IMG/VR virus record: IMGVR_UViG_3300042483_000388
From: a virus
Taxonomy: Duplodnaviria; Caudoviricetes
Length of the DNA: 64,000 bases
Strand: one strand, 5' to 3'
Shown: positions 17,969 through 27,781 of the stretch, piece after piece
Position numbering within the stretch: position 1 is the stretch's first letter
Layout: each line of letters starts with the position of its first letter
Notes under the pieces: model-generated
What the model was told of the DNA's origin: nothing
What the model saw: the letters and a program-made list of their open reading frames with translations, nothing else
The model's database searches: none
Position numbers and translations under genes: made by a program

Positions 17969-18394
17969 TTATCCGACAGAAATTACTTCTAAATCAAAAA
18001 TTAAATCTTTTCCGGCCAATGGGTGGTTAGCATCAATAACAACAACGTCATCTTTTATTTCTTTAACAAGCACATTCATAGGGCCTTGTTGTGTCATTGT
18101 TTGAAGCATAGCTCCCTCCTCAACTCCTTCTGGTACTCTATCCTTAGGGACTTCAGCAACTAATGTTGGGTTAATGTCACCATAAGCCTCAGATGAAGGA
18201 ATGCTTACAGTTTTTTTCTCACCCTCAATCATATCAATTAAGGCCTTCTCAAATCCTTGGATTAAAGATCCCTGACCTAAAGTTGTTGATAATGGTTCAC
18301 GACCCTCTGTTAAAGATGAGTCAAAAATTGTTCCATCCTCTAATTTTCCAGTGTAATGTACAGTCACGGTACTGTTAAGTTCTATTTTTTTCAT
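17969..18394 (-). CDS. FKBP-type peptidyl-prolyl cis-trans isomerase (FkpB/SlyD-like)
   Basis: VTVHYTGKLEDGTIFDSS...PL...LGQGSLIQGFEKAL...EAYG...DANHPLAGKDLIFDLEV. Confidence 0.93.
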   Translation of the reverse strand: MKKIELNSTVTVHYTGKLEDGTIFDSSLTEGREPLSTTLGQGSLIQGFEKALIDMIEGEKKTVSIPSSEAYGDINPTLVAEVPKDRVPEGVEEGAMLQTMTQQGPMNVLVKEIKDDVVVIDANHPLAGKDLIFDLEVISVG

Positions 18395-18456
18395 AATTTA
18401 TAATTTGTTAAAATCTAAATGAAAAAAAATAAAATGTAAAATAATATTTATATAAT

Positions 18457-18651
18457 ATGACAGATTTTTTAAAACATTTGTATTTGACACTGATGAACAA
18501 ATATGGTTCATTTATGTGGTTTGGTGTTCACATGGGTGTAACTCAAATTAATTGGCATTGGATTTTAGAAACTTTCGCTTGTGTCTTGATAAATTTAATG
18601 GTTTTACATACAATTTATATCGAGTGGAGGGATTCTAAGAATAACAATTAG
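18457..18651 (+). CDS. Small membrane protein
   Basis: Two hydrophobic stretches in 64 aa. Confidence 0.55.
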   Translation: MTDFLKHLYLTLMNKYGSFMWFGVHMGVTQINWHWILETFACVLINLMVLHTIYIEWRDSKNNN

Positions 18652-18714
18652 CATTCACCACAAATAAGTTTTTATTTAATCACAACTCAACACAATTAAA
18701 ATCGTATTTATTAT

Positions 18715-21171
18715 ATGAAACATTTATTACTTTTATTTTTATTTCCCTTCTTTTTATACTCACAGTATTGTCCTTATTTAGGTCCTGACCAACTTTTACC
18801 TTGTGGTGTAAACTCAACTACATTAACTGCCGATTTAAGTCAGTGTGGACCTGGTGGGCCAAATCCAAATCAAACAACAAACTATGGTGTAACAAATATA
18901 CCTTATGTCGCTCAAACCAATACAGGGACACAAGTCTTTTTAGGTGATGATGCAATATCTCAACCACAAAACATAGGGTTTACCTTTTGTTTTTTTGGAA
19001 ATACATATACACAGTTCTACATTGGATCTAATGGATGGATTGGGTTTTCAGGTGGTCAGCCAGCAACCTTTGCATCAGTTGCAATTCCTAATGGTGGTTT
19101 AAATGTTCCAAAGAATTGTATTATGGGTCCTTGGCAAGACTGGCATCCGGGCATCGGCGGGCAAATCAGATATCAAATTAGTGGATTTGCCCCTTGTCGA
19201 AAATTAACCGTTAGTTGGATTAACGTTCCTATGTATTTGTGTACTAATTTACAAGGTAATTTTCACATTGTCATCTATGAATCAACAAATGTAATTGAAA
19301 ACCACATACAGAACAAACCAAATTGTCCTAATTGGGCTCTTGGGACAGCAGTTCAAGGGATTCATAACCAACCAGGAACTATAGGTATTGCAGTCCCCGG
19401 TAGAAACTCTTCACAATGGTCAACTCAAAACAACTCACATAGGTGGACACCAAGCGGACCTACAGTTCAACCTGTATTAACATGGTATCAAGTAGGTAAT
19501 CCAAATCCAATTGGAACTGGACCTACAATTACAGTTACACCCCCTCTTGTTGGGGCAAACTACACATGTCATTTAGTTTATCCTACTTGTAATGCCGGTT
19601 GGTCAACATGTAACGTAGGTATTGGTAATTTAGGTCCTGATACTGTATTTGTTGCACCAGGGCCACCACAATTACCACCACCAAATTTAGTTCTACAAGA
19701 CCCAAACTGTAATAATGGGTGTAATGGATCAATTACGGTGGTTCCTAATGGAGGAACAGGAGTAACAACTATCTCTTGGAACGGTGGATCAACAAACTTA
19801 ACCTTAAATAACTTATGTAGTGGTAACTATTTGTTTAATTTAGTGGATGCTGCAGGTTGTACTTATAGTGGATCGGCAACTTTACTCAATCCTCCACCAT
19901 TACAATCTCCTCAATTTGTGAATACTAACCCAACTTGCTTTGGTTATTGTGACGGGACATCAACTGTGAACCCAATTGATGGTGTTGCACCATATACATT
20001 CCTTTGGGGTAACAACCAAACCACTCAAACGGCAACAAATCTATGTTCAGGTCAACAAACTGTAACGGTTTATGACCAATATAACTGCCCCGCACAAGGA
20101 ACAACCACATTGATTGACCCACCAATGGTTACAATCAACCAAATCACAGGTTTAGATACGGTTTGTTATAACTCTACAGTCAATCCTTATGGTGTTACAA
20201 GTGTTTTTCCTAACTTAGGGTATGTTTGGACCAACACAATAGGAAATATCACTACAGGACAAGGTACGAACCAAATAAATTTAGATGTTACTGGTGTAAA
20301 TGGGGGTAATTATCCTAACTCACTATCGGTTATTGGTGTAAATCAACTTGGATGTCAGTCATTACCTGAAACTTTTAACCTTGTTGTGTTAAATATTCTT
20401 CCATCAATCGCTCAAGTTGGTCCATTTTGTGAATACGACAACTGTATTAACCTAAATGGGACCCCACAAGGTGGAATTTTTAGTGGATTAAACATTTGGG
20501 GTGGACAATACTGTCCAAATAACGGGTTTATTGGTCTTGATGTTGTGAATTACAACTATATTCAGTCAGGTTGTTTGTTTAATACATCAATAAATGTTCA
20601 AGTATACCCAAGACCAATCATTTCTCCTGTTGTAAACGGTGTTGTTTTTGAAAATACGGAGTATCATGAGATATGTGAGGGGGATACCGTTACCGATATC
20701 TTTGATGCAGTGTCTGCAAGTGGTGGATATAACGAATGGTACTCGTTTGGTGACACAACAATTAGTCAAACCTTAAATATTACTTGGGATCAAGATGGAA
20801 TATTCCAATTTCAAGTGGTTAGATGGGACAATGGATGTGTTTCTAACCCCGAAAACTTCATTGTAACCTTAGAATTGTGTCCAAATGAGATATTTTACAT
20901 ACCAAACGCCTTTACACCTAATGGTGATGAAAGAAATAACACATTTAAACCCATAATTACGTCAGGAGTAGACGTTTTTAACTATGTATTTGTAATATAT
21001 AACCGTTGGGGACAGATAGTATGGGAATCTTATAACGCAAACATGGGTTGGGATGGTAATTATGACGATAAACCATGTCAAGATGGTGTTTATACTTGGA
21101 AATTAAGGTTTAAAACACCTAAAACTGACAAAATAAATGAATTTATAGGTAATTTAACATTAATTAAATAG
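18715..21171 (+). CDS. Secreted T9SS type-B (gliding motility-associated C-terminal domain) protein with SprB-like repeats
   Basis: Signal peptide MKHLLLLFLFPFFLYSQ; SprB-like repeats (PNCNNGCNGSITVVPNGGT, PTCFGYCDGTSTVNPIDGVAPYTFLW); C-terminal FYIPNAFTPNGDERNNTF...IYNRWGQIVW...GWDG...GVY...G.LTLIK. Confidence 0.9.
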   Translation: MKHLLLLFLFPFFLYSQYCPYLGPDQLLPCGVNSTTLTADLSQCGPGGPNPNQTTNYGVTNIPYVAQTNTGTQVFLGDDAISQPQNIGFTFCFFGNTYTQFYIGSNGWIGFSGGQPATFASVAIPNGGLNVPKNCIMGPWQDWHPGIGGQIRYQISGFAPCRKLTVSWINVPMYLCTNLQGNFHIVIYESTNVIENHIQNKPNCPNWALGTAVQGIHNQPGTIGIAVPGRNSSQWSTQNNSHRWTPSGPTVQPVLTWYQVGNPNPIGTGPTITVTPPLVGANYTCHLVYPTCNAGWSTCNVGIGNLGPDTVFVAPGPPQLPPPNLVLQDPNCNNGCNGSITVVPNGGTGVTTISWNGGSTNLTLNNLCSGNYLFNLVDAAGCTYSGSATLLNPPPLQSPQFVNTNPTCFGYCDGTSTVNPIDGVAPYTFLWGNNQTTQTATNLCSGQQTVTVYDQYNCPAQGTTTLIDPPMVTINQITGLDTVCYNSTVNPYGVTSVFPNLGYVWTNTIGNITTGQGTNQINLDVTGVNGGNYPNSLSVIGVNQLGCQSLPETFNLVVLNILPSIAQVGPFCEYDNCINLNGTPQGGIFSGLNIWGGQYCPNNGFIGLDVVNYNYIQSGCLFNTSINVQVYPRPIISPVVNGVVFENTEYHEICEGDTVTDIFDAVSASGGYNEWYSFGDTTISQTLNITWDQDGIFQFQVVRWDNGCVSNPENFIVTLELCPNEIFYIPNAFTPNGDERNNTFKPIITSGVDVFNYVFVIYNRWGQIVWESYNANMGWDGNYDDKPCQDGVYTWKLRFKTPKTDKINEFIGNLTLIK

Positions 21172-21186
21172 TAGATATTTATTTAT

Positions 21187-21864
21187 ATGAGTAAAAAACA
21201 AAATCCTAAACTAAAAGAAGGTGATCGTATAGTTTTAATATACATGCCAGGTGAAGATGTTGATACAGGAACTAAAGGAAAGGTTAAAAGAATAGGTCAA
21301 CAACCTAGTTTTGGTTCAGAATTTGACTATATGTATGATGTAGAGTGGTATGATGACGATGAAAAGGTTATATCTACCCTATCTTTACTCCCACAGACCG
21401 ATACTTGGATGTTAGATCGTGAATACACCCAAAATGACCTAAATGAAGAGAAATTTACCGATTTAGATCAGTTAGAACGTAAAATAAATTTCCTAAAGTC
21501 CTTTAAAAAGAAAGATTTACAGGATATTATGGAATATGTTGAGAATTTAAGGGGTGTTGGGCTTGTAAATACCTTAAATGTGGGTCAATTTATTGGATCT
21601 GGTCGTGAATACCTACAAAAATTTGTTGATTTTCATAAAATGAGAAATAATTTGTCCTCAGAAGAAGAAAATCTTCTTGAAAAGGCCTTGGATATGTCAG
21701 ATATTGTTAGAAATATACTAATTAACGCTGGTGTTGAGATTTTAGAGAAAAATAAACAAGAAATTACCGCAGAAAAGGTTCAAAGAAACATGAATACACT
21801 AATAAAGGGTATATTAGAGCATTTTATGAGAAATACAAGTAAATATGTTAATAAAAACAATTAA
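21187..21864 (+). CDS. Hypothetical protein with N-terminal SH3/KOW-like (DUF4314-like) domain
   Basis: LKEGDRIVLIYMPGEDVDTGTKGKVKRI...DVEW; LNE junction before a helical domain. Confidence 0.55.
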   Translation: MSKKQNPKLKEGDRIVLIYMPGEDVDTGTKGKVKRIGQQPSFGSEFDYMYDVEWYDDDEKVISTLSLLPQTDTWMLDREYTQNDLNEEKFTDLDQLERKINFLKSFKKKDLQDIMEYVENLRGVGLVNTLNVGQFIGSGREYLQKFVDFHKMRNNLSSEEENLLEKALDMSDIVRNILINAGVEILEKNKQEITAEKVQRNMNTLIKGILEHFMRNTSKYVNKNN

Positions 21865-21917
21865 TTCTGTTGATATTACCATAAAAAAGACTTATTTTTT
21901 ATAAAAACAAACAAATT

Positions 21918-22178
21918 ATGGTATTATTATCAATTTCTTTATTAATTTTTAGCGGAATTATCCTTTTAAGTATAATTTTAGGGTATATTTGGTGGAAAAA
22001 GTATGGAAAAGCAGCTTTTTCAGCCTTTAATCAGTTAAAAAACATTCAAAACCCATCAAATATGGGTAATTTTAATGCAGATTCACTAAAAAATCTTACA
22101 AATATGACTAATTTTAACACTTTTAATCGTAGTTTGACCCAAATACAGGATCTTTTGAACCGTAATAAGAAAAAATAA
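21918..22178 (+). CDS. Small single-pass membrane protein
   Basis: N-terminal hydrophobic helix followed by WWKKYGK. Confidence 0.65.
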   Translation: MVLLSISLLIFSGIILLSIILGYIWWKKYGKAAFSAFNQLKNIQNPSNMGNFNADSLKNLTNMTNFNTFNRSLTQIQDLLNRNKKK

Positions 22179-22260
22179 GGGTATTTTACCTTTATTTTGA
22201 CCCTATATATAACAAAAAAACCCCTATTTTAGGGGTTTTGTGGTTAAAATAGGTGTTATT

Positions 22261-22500
22261 TTAGTCATTTTGTGGAACATCTTCCTTAAAAAAATTGGTT
22301 AAAAACTTACCAACAACACCTAAAACAAGAGATAATACTATCATAACCTTAAGTTCATTGGGGGTAAACACATCTTTTAGGTTGTCAAATTGCCATAAAC
22401 CACCTATGGCAAGTACGGTTGATACCGCTAAAAGAGAATCTCCTATCCTTCTCCACTTTTTTGGTGTTGGAGTCCAATAACGTTTCATCAATTCTTTCAT
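22261..22500 (-). CDS. Putative holin-like membrane protein
   Basis: 79 aa, two TM segments, TPKKWRRIGDSLL N-terminus of the type seen in phage small membrane proteins. Confidence 0.5.
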   Translation of the reverse strand: MKELMKRYWTPTPKKWRRIGDSLLAVSTVLAIGGLWQFDNLKDVFTPNELKVMIVLSLVLGVVGKFLTNFFKEDVPQND

Positions 22501-22527
22501 AACTTCTTATTTTTTACAATATAGACG

Positions 22528-23058
22528 TTAAATTCCTTTAACTAAGTTTATTGATTGTTTTAAATATTCTTTAGATCTTGGAGATGGTGTATATTCATCA
22601 TCTTTAGTTTGTAAATTAAGAACCCTTTCGATGTCCTTAACTAATTCAGTTCCGTGTTCATTTTCTTTATATAGTTCAATGATTTTATCCATGGCCTTAT
22701 TACATTCACCAGAAGTTTCATCATAATAATTTTTATTTCTAAACTTATTCAAGTGATTCATCATTTCATAAGATAAATGTGCTCCACCATCCTTAATATC
22801 TTTAAATAGACGTATATTATTTAATATACCCAACGTATCAACCATAGAATTAACCCCACCACCTCTTTTGCTGATTCCTGGTGAGTATCTTGTGTACTCA
22901 TCTGATCTTCCAGCGATCTCATCTAAACTAACCACATTCTCAGGAATACAACGAGGTTTTTTATCTTTATTTTTTTTGGTATTACCAATTTCCTCTTCTG
23001 AGATAATATTTTTAAGGATTCTATTTAATTGATCCTCCGTTATTTTTACATTTTTCAT
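22528..23058 (-). CDS. Leader-family protein (MKNVKITEDQLNRILKNIISE)
   Basis: Probable start 23058; TATTTAT upstream on the minus strand. Confidence 0.7.
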   Translation of the reverse strand: MKNVKITEDQLNRILKNIISEEEIGNTKKNKDKKPRCIPENVVSLDEIAGRSDEYTRYSPGISKRGGGVNSMVDTLGILNNIRLFKDIKDGGAHLSYEMMNHLNKFRNKNYYDETSGECNKAMDKIIELYKENEHGTELVKDIERVLNLQTKDDEYTPSPRSKEYLKQSINLVKGI

Positions 23059-23133
23059 AAAAACGATTTTTATTATAAATATATGCATTTTTAATACTTA
23101 CAACTATTTATTATAATAAATGAATATTAAGTT

Positions 23134-23535
23134 ATGATTGATAAAATTGTTAGTAGAATTCTTAATGAAGAATACCAATCAAAATACGTATTGGAGAACT
23201 TAGAGTCTATTATATATAGCGATGAATACGGTATTGTTGAGGAAACTAATTTTGTTGTTAATGATCTAATAACTGAAGCCGAATATCAGGGTAGAAAAGT
23301 ACAACTTGGTAAGATTATGCAAGGTGATATTAAAAAGTCCAAGGTATACGTTAAAAACGACAAAGGAAAGGTTGTTAAAGTAAACTTTGGGTTTGGTGGT
23401 AAATCGGCCAAAGGTAAAATAATGAGGATTAAGAAGAATAATCCTGAAAGAAGAAAATCTTTTAGAGCAAGACATAACTGTGATAACCCAGGACCAAGGT
23501 GGAAACCAAGATATTGGGCGTGTAGAACTTGGTAG
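23134..23535 (+). CDS. Conserved basic phage domain protein (KVNFG...NPERRKSFRARHNC...RYWACRTW)
   Basis: ORF track; ILNE/ITE junctions before a basic Cys/His domain recalled from other T4-like phages. Confidence 0.7.
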   Translation: MIDKIVSRILNEEYQSKYVLENLESIIYSDEYGIVEETNFVVNDLITEAEYQGRKVQLGKIMQGDIKKSKVYVKNDKGKVVKVNFGFGGKSAKGKIMRIKKNNPERRKSFRARHNCDNPGPRWKPRYWACRTW

Positions 23536-23536
23536 T

Positions 23537-24151
23537 ATGAATATAATGGTAAAATCAATTCTTTTAGAGGACAATAAACAAAGAAACGAAATAAGAACAA
23601 TAGTTAGAGACGTTGTTCAAGTGTTTAAAGATAATGACGAAGGTGAATTTTATTTACCTGAAGAAGTTAATGGGAATCACTATTACGATTTACCAAAGTT
23701 GGGGATTGACCTATCTGTTGAGTTAATAATCCAACCCGATGAGAATGTTGACAATTATCTTATGGATGCGAATTATTTTAGGGATGACCATATTATAGTA
23801 ATAGGTATATTATATAACACAGATAACAAACAACAATCATTATATGGTATTATTGGGGAATTAAATGAGCTAATTGCTCACGAATTAAGACACGTATATC
23901 AAAAAAGAACAGGAATGTATAATTTAGATCAAGAGGAGCCAGAAGAACCATATCTATATTATACTCAAGACCATGAGATTGATGCCCAAGTTTACGGATT
24001 TAAAAGAATGTCCCAAATAACAAGAAAACCTTTTAATTATTTGGTTCGGAATTGGTTTGATACCCATAAAGACTTACACGGTTTAGATAAGGAAGAAGTT
24101 GAGAAAGTTATACAAATAATAATAGATACTAAGAACAAAACTAACTCTTAA
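23537..24151 (+). CDS. Putative zinc metallopeptidase-like protein
   Basis: AHELRHVYQ (HExxH) and downstream HEIDAQVYG; probable start 23537 or 23546. Confidence 0.6.
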   Translation: MNIMVKSILLEDNKQRNEIRTIVRDVVQVFKDNDEGEFYLPEEVNGNHYYDLPKLGIDLSVELIIQPDENVDNYLMDANYFRDDHIIVIGILYNTDNKQQSLYGIIGELNELIAHELRHVYQKRTGMYNLDQEEPEEPYLYYTQDHEIDAQVYGFKRMSQITRKPFNYLVRNWFDTHKDLHGLDKEEVEKVIQIIIDTKNKTNS

Positions 24152-24761
24152 ATCTCTCAATAATATTTTCAATTAAATCTTTAACAATAACAGAACTTGT
24201 TATGATTGCGGTATAACCGGAAACACTCCTAATTATAACACTTATTTCTTCTGAAGATATGTCCATATCCGCAACATGTTTTAACATAGGGACTAAAGGA
24301 ACTAAAAAAGTGTATGCCAACATATTGGATACTTTTGATAATGTAATATTTAAACTCCCTAAAAACTCAAAAAATGCGGTTTTTAAATCGTCAGATTTCA
24401 TCATCATTTGATTAAAATAAGTAATTAGTTTTCTTTCTTTAATTAAACTTAACACCGTATTTAATTTTTCTTTATTTGACGAAAAATAAGTTAGAATACA
24501 AGCAAACGTTAAAAGGGTTATGTCTGACTCACTTAGGTTCACATATTTGTTTTCCATATAACGAGACACAGGACCTATAAAACCCCCAATGGCTGCTCCC
24601 CACGTTAACGCAAAACTAAAATCAATACCATGTTGTCTTTTAACATCAGAGATAACCTTCCTTACAAAAGATTTTGATTCTTTAAAACTCTCAGTAATCT
24701 CATCTTGTTTTTCTTCGATGAGTAATTTTTTATATTGTTGTTCGCTTAAAATAATGTCCAT
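24141..24761 (-). CDS. Leader-family membrane-associated protein (MDIILSEQQYKKLLIE)
   Basis: ORF track; hydrophobic segments FALTWGAAIGGFIG and LAYTFLVPLVPML. Confidence 0.7.
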   Translation of the reverse strand: MDIILSEQQYKKLLIEEKQDEITESFKESKSFVRKVISDVKRQHGIDFSFALTWGAAIGGFIGPVSRYMENKYVNLSESDITLLTFACILTYFSSNKEKLNTVLSLIKERKLITYFNQMMMKSDDLKTAFFEFLGSLNITLSKVSNMLAYTFLVPLVPMLKHVADMDISSEEISVIIRSVSGYTAIITSSVIVKDLIENIIERFKS

Positions 24762-24873
24762 ACTAACAATAAATACCCGAAAAAATTAATAATTTATTTA
24801 TTCGATATTTAATTTATATTGTAAGTAATAAAAAATTGCAAATAATATTGATATTTATTAAAAAACAAATTAT

Positions 24874-25440
24874 ATGGCTCAGTACTTTTTTAAAATGAAT
24901 CGAGAGGAAAAAGATAATATCCTTGACCAACATAAACAACTTTATGATGGATACAGCACACATTACAACCAAGAAAGTAATATGACACCACTATGGGTTC
25001 AAGACTTTGCTAATGATAAGGCCGGAATTACGGTAAATAATAAGGGGGTTGTTAGCAATTACAAAAATATGGGTATCAATGAATCAAGTTTAGACATGAT
25101 TGGTGATGGACCTAATGATCTTGCAAATGGTACTGTTGATTTAGATGATAGTGAGTATATTTCTTTAGGTCGAGATATGAATCTTAATAAAAATGAGTTT
25201 GATTACGATATTGATGGACTATTTGACGATGATGATGACGATGATGACGATGATAACGATGATAACTATTACAATGATGATGAGGTTTCAAATTCGTATG
25301 TTAATGACGATGACGATGAAAGTAATTTATGGGAAGAGTTAAATATTATTGATGATGTTGATGAAGATATTTTACCTGACTTTATTGAAAAATTAAATGA
25401 GTCTATCGATATGTTTGAACGATTCAAAAAATATAACTAA
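24874..25440 (+). CDS. Acidic putative virion protein with poly-Asp tract
   Basis: ORF track; EEKDNILDQH-type leader; TATTTAT at about 24852. Confidence 0.7.
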   Translation: MAQYFFKMNREEKDNILDQHKQLYDGYSTHYNQESNMTPLWVQDFANDKAGITVNNKGVVSNYKNMGINESSLDMIGDGPNDLANGTVDLDDSEYISLGRDMNLNKNEFDYDIDGLFDDDDDDDDDDNDDNYYNDDEVSNSYVNDDDDESNLWEELNIIDDVDEDILPDFIEKLNESIDMFERFKKYN

Positions 25441-25441
25441 A

Positions 25442-25744
25442 ATGGAAATACAAGAATTAATATTCTTTTACTTACACGAAAACACCGATTTAATTGAGGT
25501 TCAGTTTAGGTTTACAATTGATTCTGATGATGAGATTAGAACCGACTTTATTAATTTAAGTGAATCTGATGGTTTTGGTTACAATTTAATATATGAAGAT
25601 TATAACCTTACCAACGAAGAAGATGATGAGGATGATATGTATTGGTTGGAGTCTCCTTCTATTGATGAAGATAACTTATTATTATTTCTAAACGAATACT
25701 ACATAATCAATCCCGATAAAATGCCAAAACCAGAGTTGATCTAA
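25442..25744 (+). CDS. Hypothetical acidic protein
   Basis: Probable start MEIQELIF at 25442. Confidence 0.65.
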   Translation: MEIQELIFFYLHENTDLIEVQFRFTIDSDDEIRTDFINLSESDGFGYNLIYEDYNLTNEEDDEDDMYWLESPSIDEDNLLLFLNEYYIINPDKMPKPELI

Positions 25745-26241
25745 GGACCAACACGAGTTAAGAACATTGTTGTGGTTTCACCACTACTGTTTGGCCCACT
25801 ACTATAACTACCAGAAGTACGAATAACCAAACTTTCTTGACCATCGTCAATAATCTTCCATATACGACGAGTACCATCGTAGTCAAAAATTATATAACCT
25901 AAATCGTTTAGATTGTTGTGTCCTTGAACATAGTAAGTGTATTTTTTATTCCATGTTGTACCACCACTTGGTAAATCAGTTGGGTTAAAATAAATAATAC
26001 TGTAATCCATTGCCATTTTTGTAAAACCAACGGCAATACTATCAAGTGGTTTTGTCTCGCTTGGATTTACATATAAGTCTCCAGGGTAGAATACTTGATT
26101 CTGATTTTGATTATCACGATTCTCATATGTGATCTTATCAAACCTATATTCTCCACTCAAACTTAAAAGTTGTGGTTCACCATACTTTAAACATGAGGAA
26201 AATAAAACAATTGAGACAATTAAAAGGAAAAGGTTTTTCAT
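25741..26241 (-). CDS. Putative lipoprotein
   Basis: MKNLFLLIVSIVLFSSC lipobox; beta-rich body; TATGTTTG -7 box upstream. Confidence 0.7.
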   Translation of the reverse strand: MKNLFLLIVSIVLFSSCLKYGEPQLLSLSGEYRFDKITYENRDNQNQNQVFYPGDLYVNPSETKPLDSIAVGFTKMAMDYSIIYFNPTDLPSGGTTWNKKYTYYVQGHNNLNDLGYIIFDYDGTRRIWKIIDDGQESLVIRTSGSYSSGPNSSGETTTMFLTRVGP

Positions 26242-26302
26242 ATAGTTATTTTTTACAAACATACGAATTTTTTCTTGTTATGGCAACTATTTATTAAAAA
26301 AT

Positions 26303-26551
26303 ATGGAATTAGACGAAATAATTTATTTGTTAAAGGTTTATACTTACCCATCAGAGAATAATAACAATAAAGATGGTGAGTTGGGAGAACAGGACGCTCC
26401 AGCGGCTACCGGTGGGGGAGGATCAACATATCCAACGGTAACAAAGTGGGAAACAGGTCTAACAAGAAGTAATGCAAATCAAATAGATTCCAAGATAACT
26501 TGGAAATCTTTAAATAAATTAGTGAGAGGCAAAGCGAATACTTTATTATAA
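26303..26551 (+). CDS. Small hypothetical virion protein
   Basis: ORF track; LGEQ junction; KWETGLTRSNANQI motif. Confidence 0.65.
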   Translation: MELDEIIYLLKVYTYPSENNNNKDGELGEQDAPAATGGGGSTYPTVTKWETGLTRSNANQIDSKITWKSLNKLVRGKANTLL

Positions 26552-26580
26552 ACTATTTATATTGATATTTATTAAATACT

Positions 26581-27768
26581 ATGAGAAATATTGTATTAAC
26601 AGAAAACGATAAAAGACAAATATTATCTAAACACATTAAAGAAACTAATGTGATTGATAACGATATTGTGATTACCGATTGGTTATCGCCAGATGAAAAG
26701 TATATGATCTTTTTGGATGAGCTTTACGATATTGATAATAAAAAAAATTTAGGAGATATATGGTCTAATCCAGATAATCTAATTCTATTTTTAGAACACA
26801 CCTATAGGGTTTCCCCATTAAAACAATCAATTAAAGAACATGCATCCAATGTTTTTGGTAGGGTAATGTTAACAGAATCCAACATAGATTTAACTCCATT
26901 AAAACCATTGATTAAACAATACCTTAAAGAAGGTCTTTGGGATAGTTTTACTGGATGGGTTAGTAAAACCGCAAAATCAACAGTAAAAGGGGTTAGTGAT
27001 TTTTTTGTTGATTCATGGGAAGGAATTAAGAAGTTTGGGGTTGCAATATCAAAAGGCGATTGGAATGAAATTGTAAGTCTATTAGGTAAAGGGGTAAAAT
27101 GGTTAGCCAGGAAACTTAGACAAGCATTGTATAGTCCTGTCGGTATTGTGGTTGACGCAATTTTAATTGCAACAGGTGTTGGTAAAATAGCTCAAGCCGT
27201 AGCATGGGCTATAGTTGTTGCTTTAGATATATATGAATTCGCAAGCGGAGATTATGAAGACGATTCACCAATGTGGATGAGAATTTTATTCTTTGGTATT
27301 GATATTTTAGGTTTGGTATTTGCAGGTATAGCCGCAAAATCGGCAAAATCTATTATTAAAGCGGCGATTGGATCGGCAAAAACAGCAGAAGAAGCGGCCA
27401 TATTAATAGGTAAAAATCCGGCAGCGTTAAAAGTAATAGAAAAAATGGGGGTAGCAACAAAAGATGTTCCAGCATTACTCTCTAAGTCTGTTGGTCAGAT
27501 GGGGAAGACATTCCCAAAAGGGGCTAATTTTGTTGGAGGGGCAATGTCAAAATCTATTGAAACTCTTGCAAAGGCACAAAGTGGTTATAAAACACTATTG
27601 AAAGGGGCTAAGTCTGGAGTTAAAACTGCCGCAATTGTTGGGGGTATTGGTACTGGTGTGGAATATTTTAAAGATAGTAAGGGTACTAAGGATATGGCCG
27701 ATAAGGACGTTGAGGATTTAGGTAAAACTCTAACATCACAAAAAGCCGATTATAGTGAATATATATAA
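26581..27768 (+). CDS. Leader-family protein with several hydrophobic, Ala/Gly-rich helices (putative membrane-inserting ejection protein)
   Basis: MRNIVLTENDKRQILSKHIKE; VGIVVDAILIATGVGKIAQAVAWAIVVALD; MRILFFGIDILGLVFAGIAAK. Confidence 0.6.
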   Translation: MRNIVLTENDKRQILSKHIKETNVIDNDIVITDWLSPDEKYMIFLDELYDIDNKKNLGDIWSNPDNLILFLEHTYRVSPLKQSIKEHASNVFGRVMLTESNIDLTPLKPLIKQYLKEGLWDSFTGWVSKTAKSTVKGVSDFFVDSWEGIKKFGVAISKGDWNEIVSLLGKGVKWLARKLRQALYSPVGIVVDAILIATGVGKIAQAVAWAIVVALDIYEFASGDYEDDSPMWMRILFFGIDILGLVFAGIAAKSAKSIIKAAIGSAKTAEEAAILIGKNPAALKVIEKMGVATKDVPALLSKSVGQMGKTFPKGANFVGGAMSKSIETLAKAQSGYKTLLKGAKSGVKTAAIVGGIGTGVEYFKDSKGTKDMADKDVEDLGKTLTSQKADYSEYI

Positions 27769-27781
27769 AAACATATAAGAA

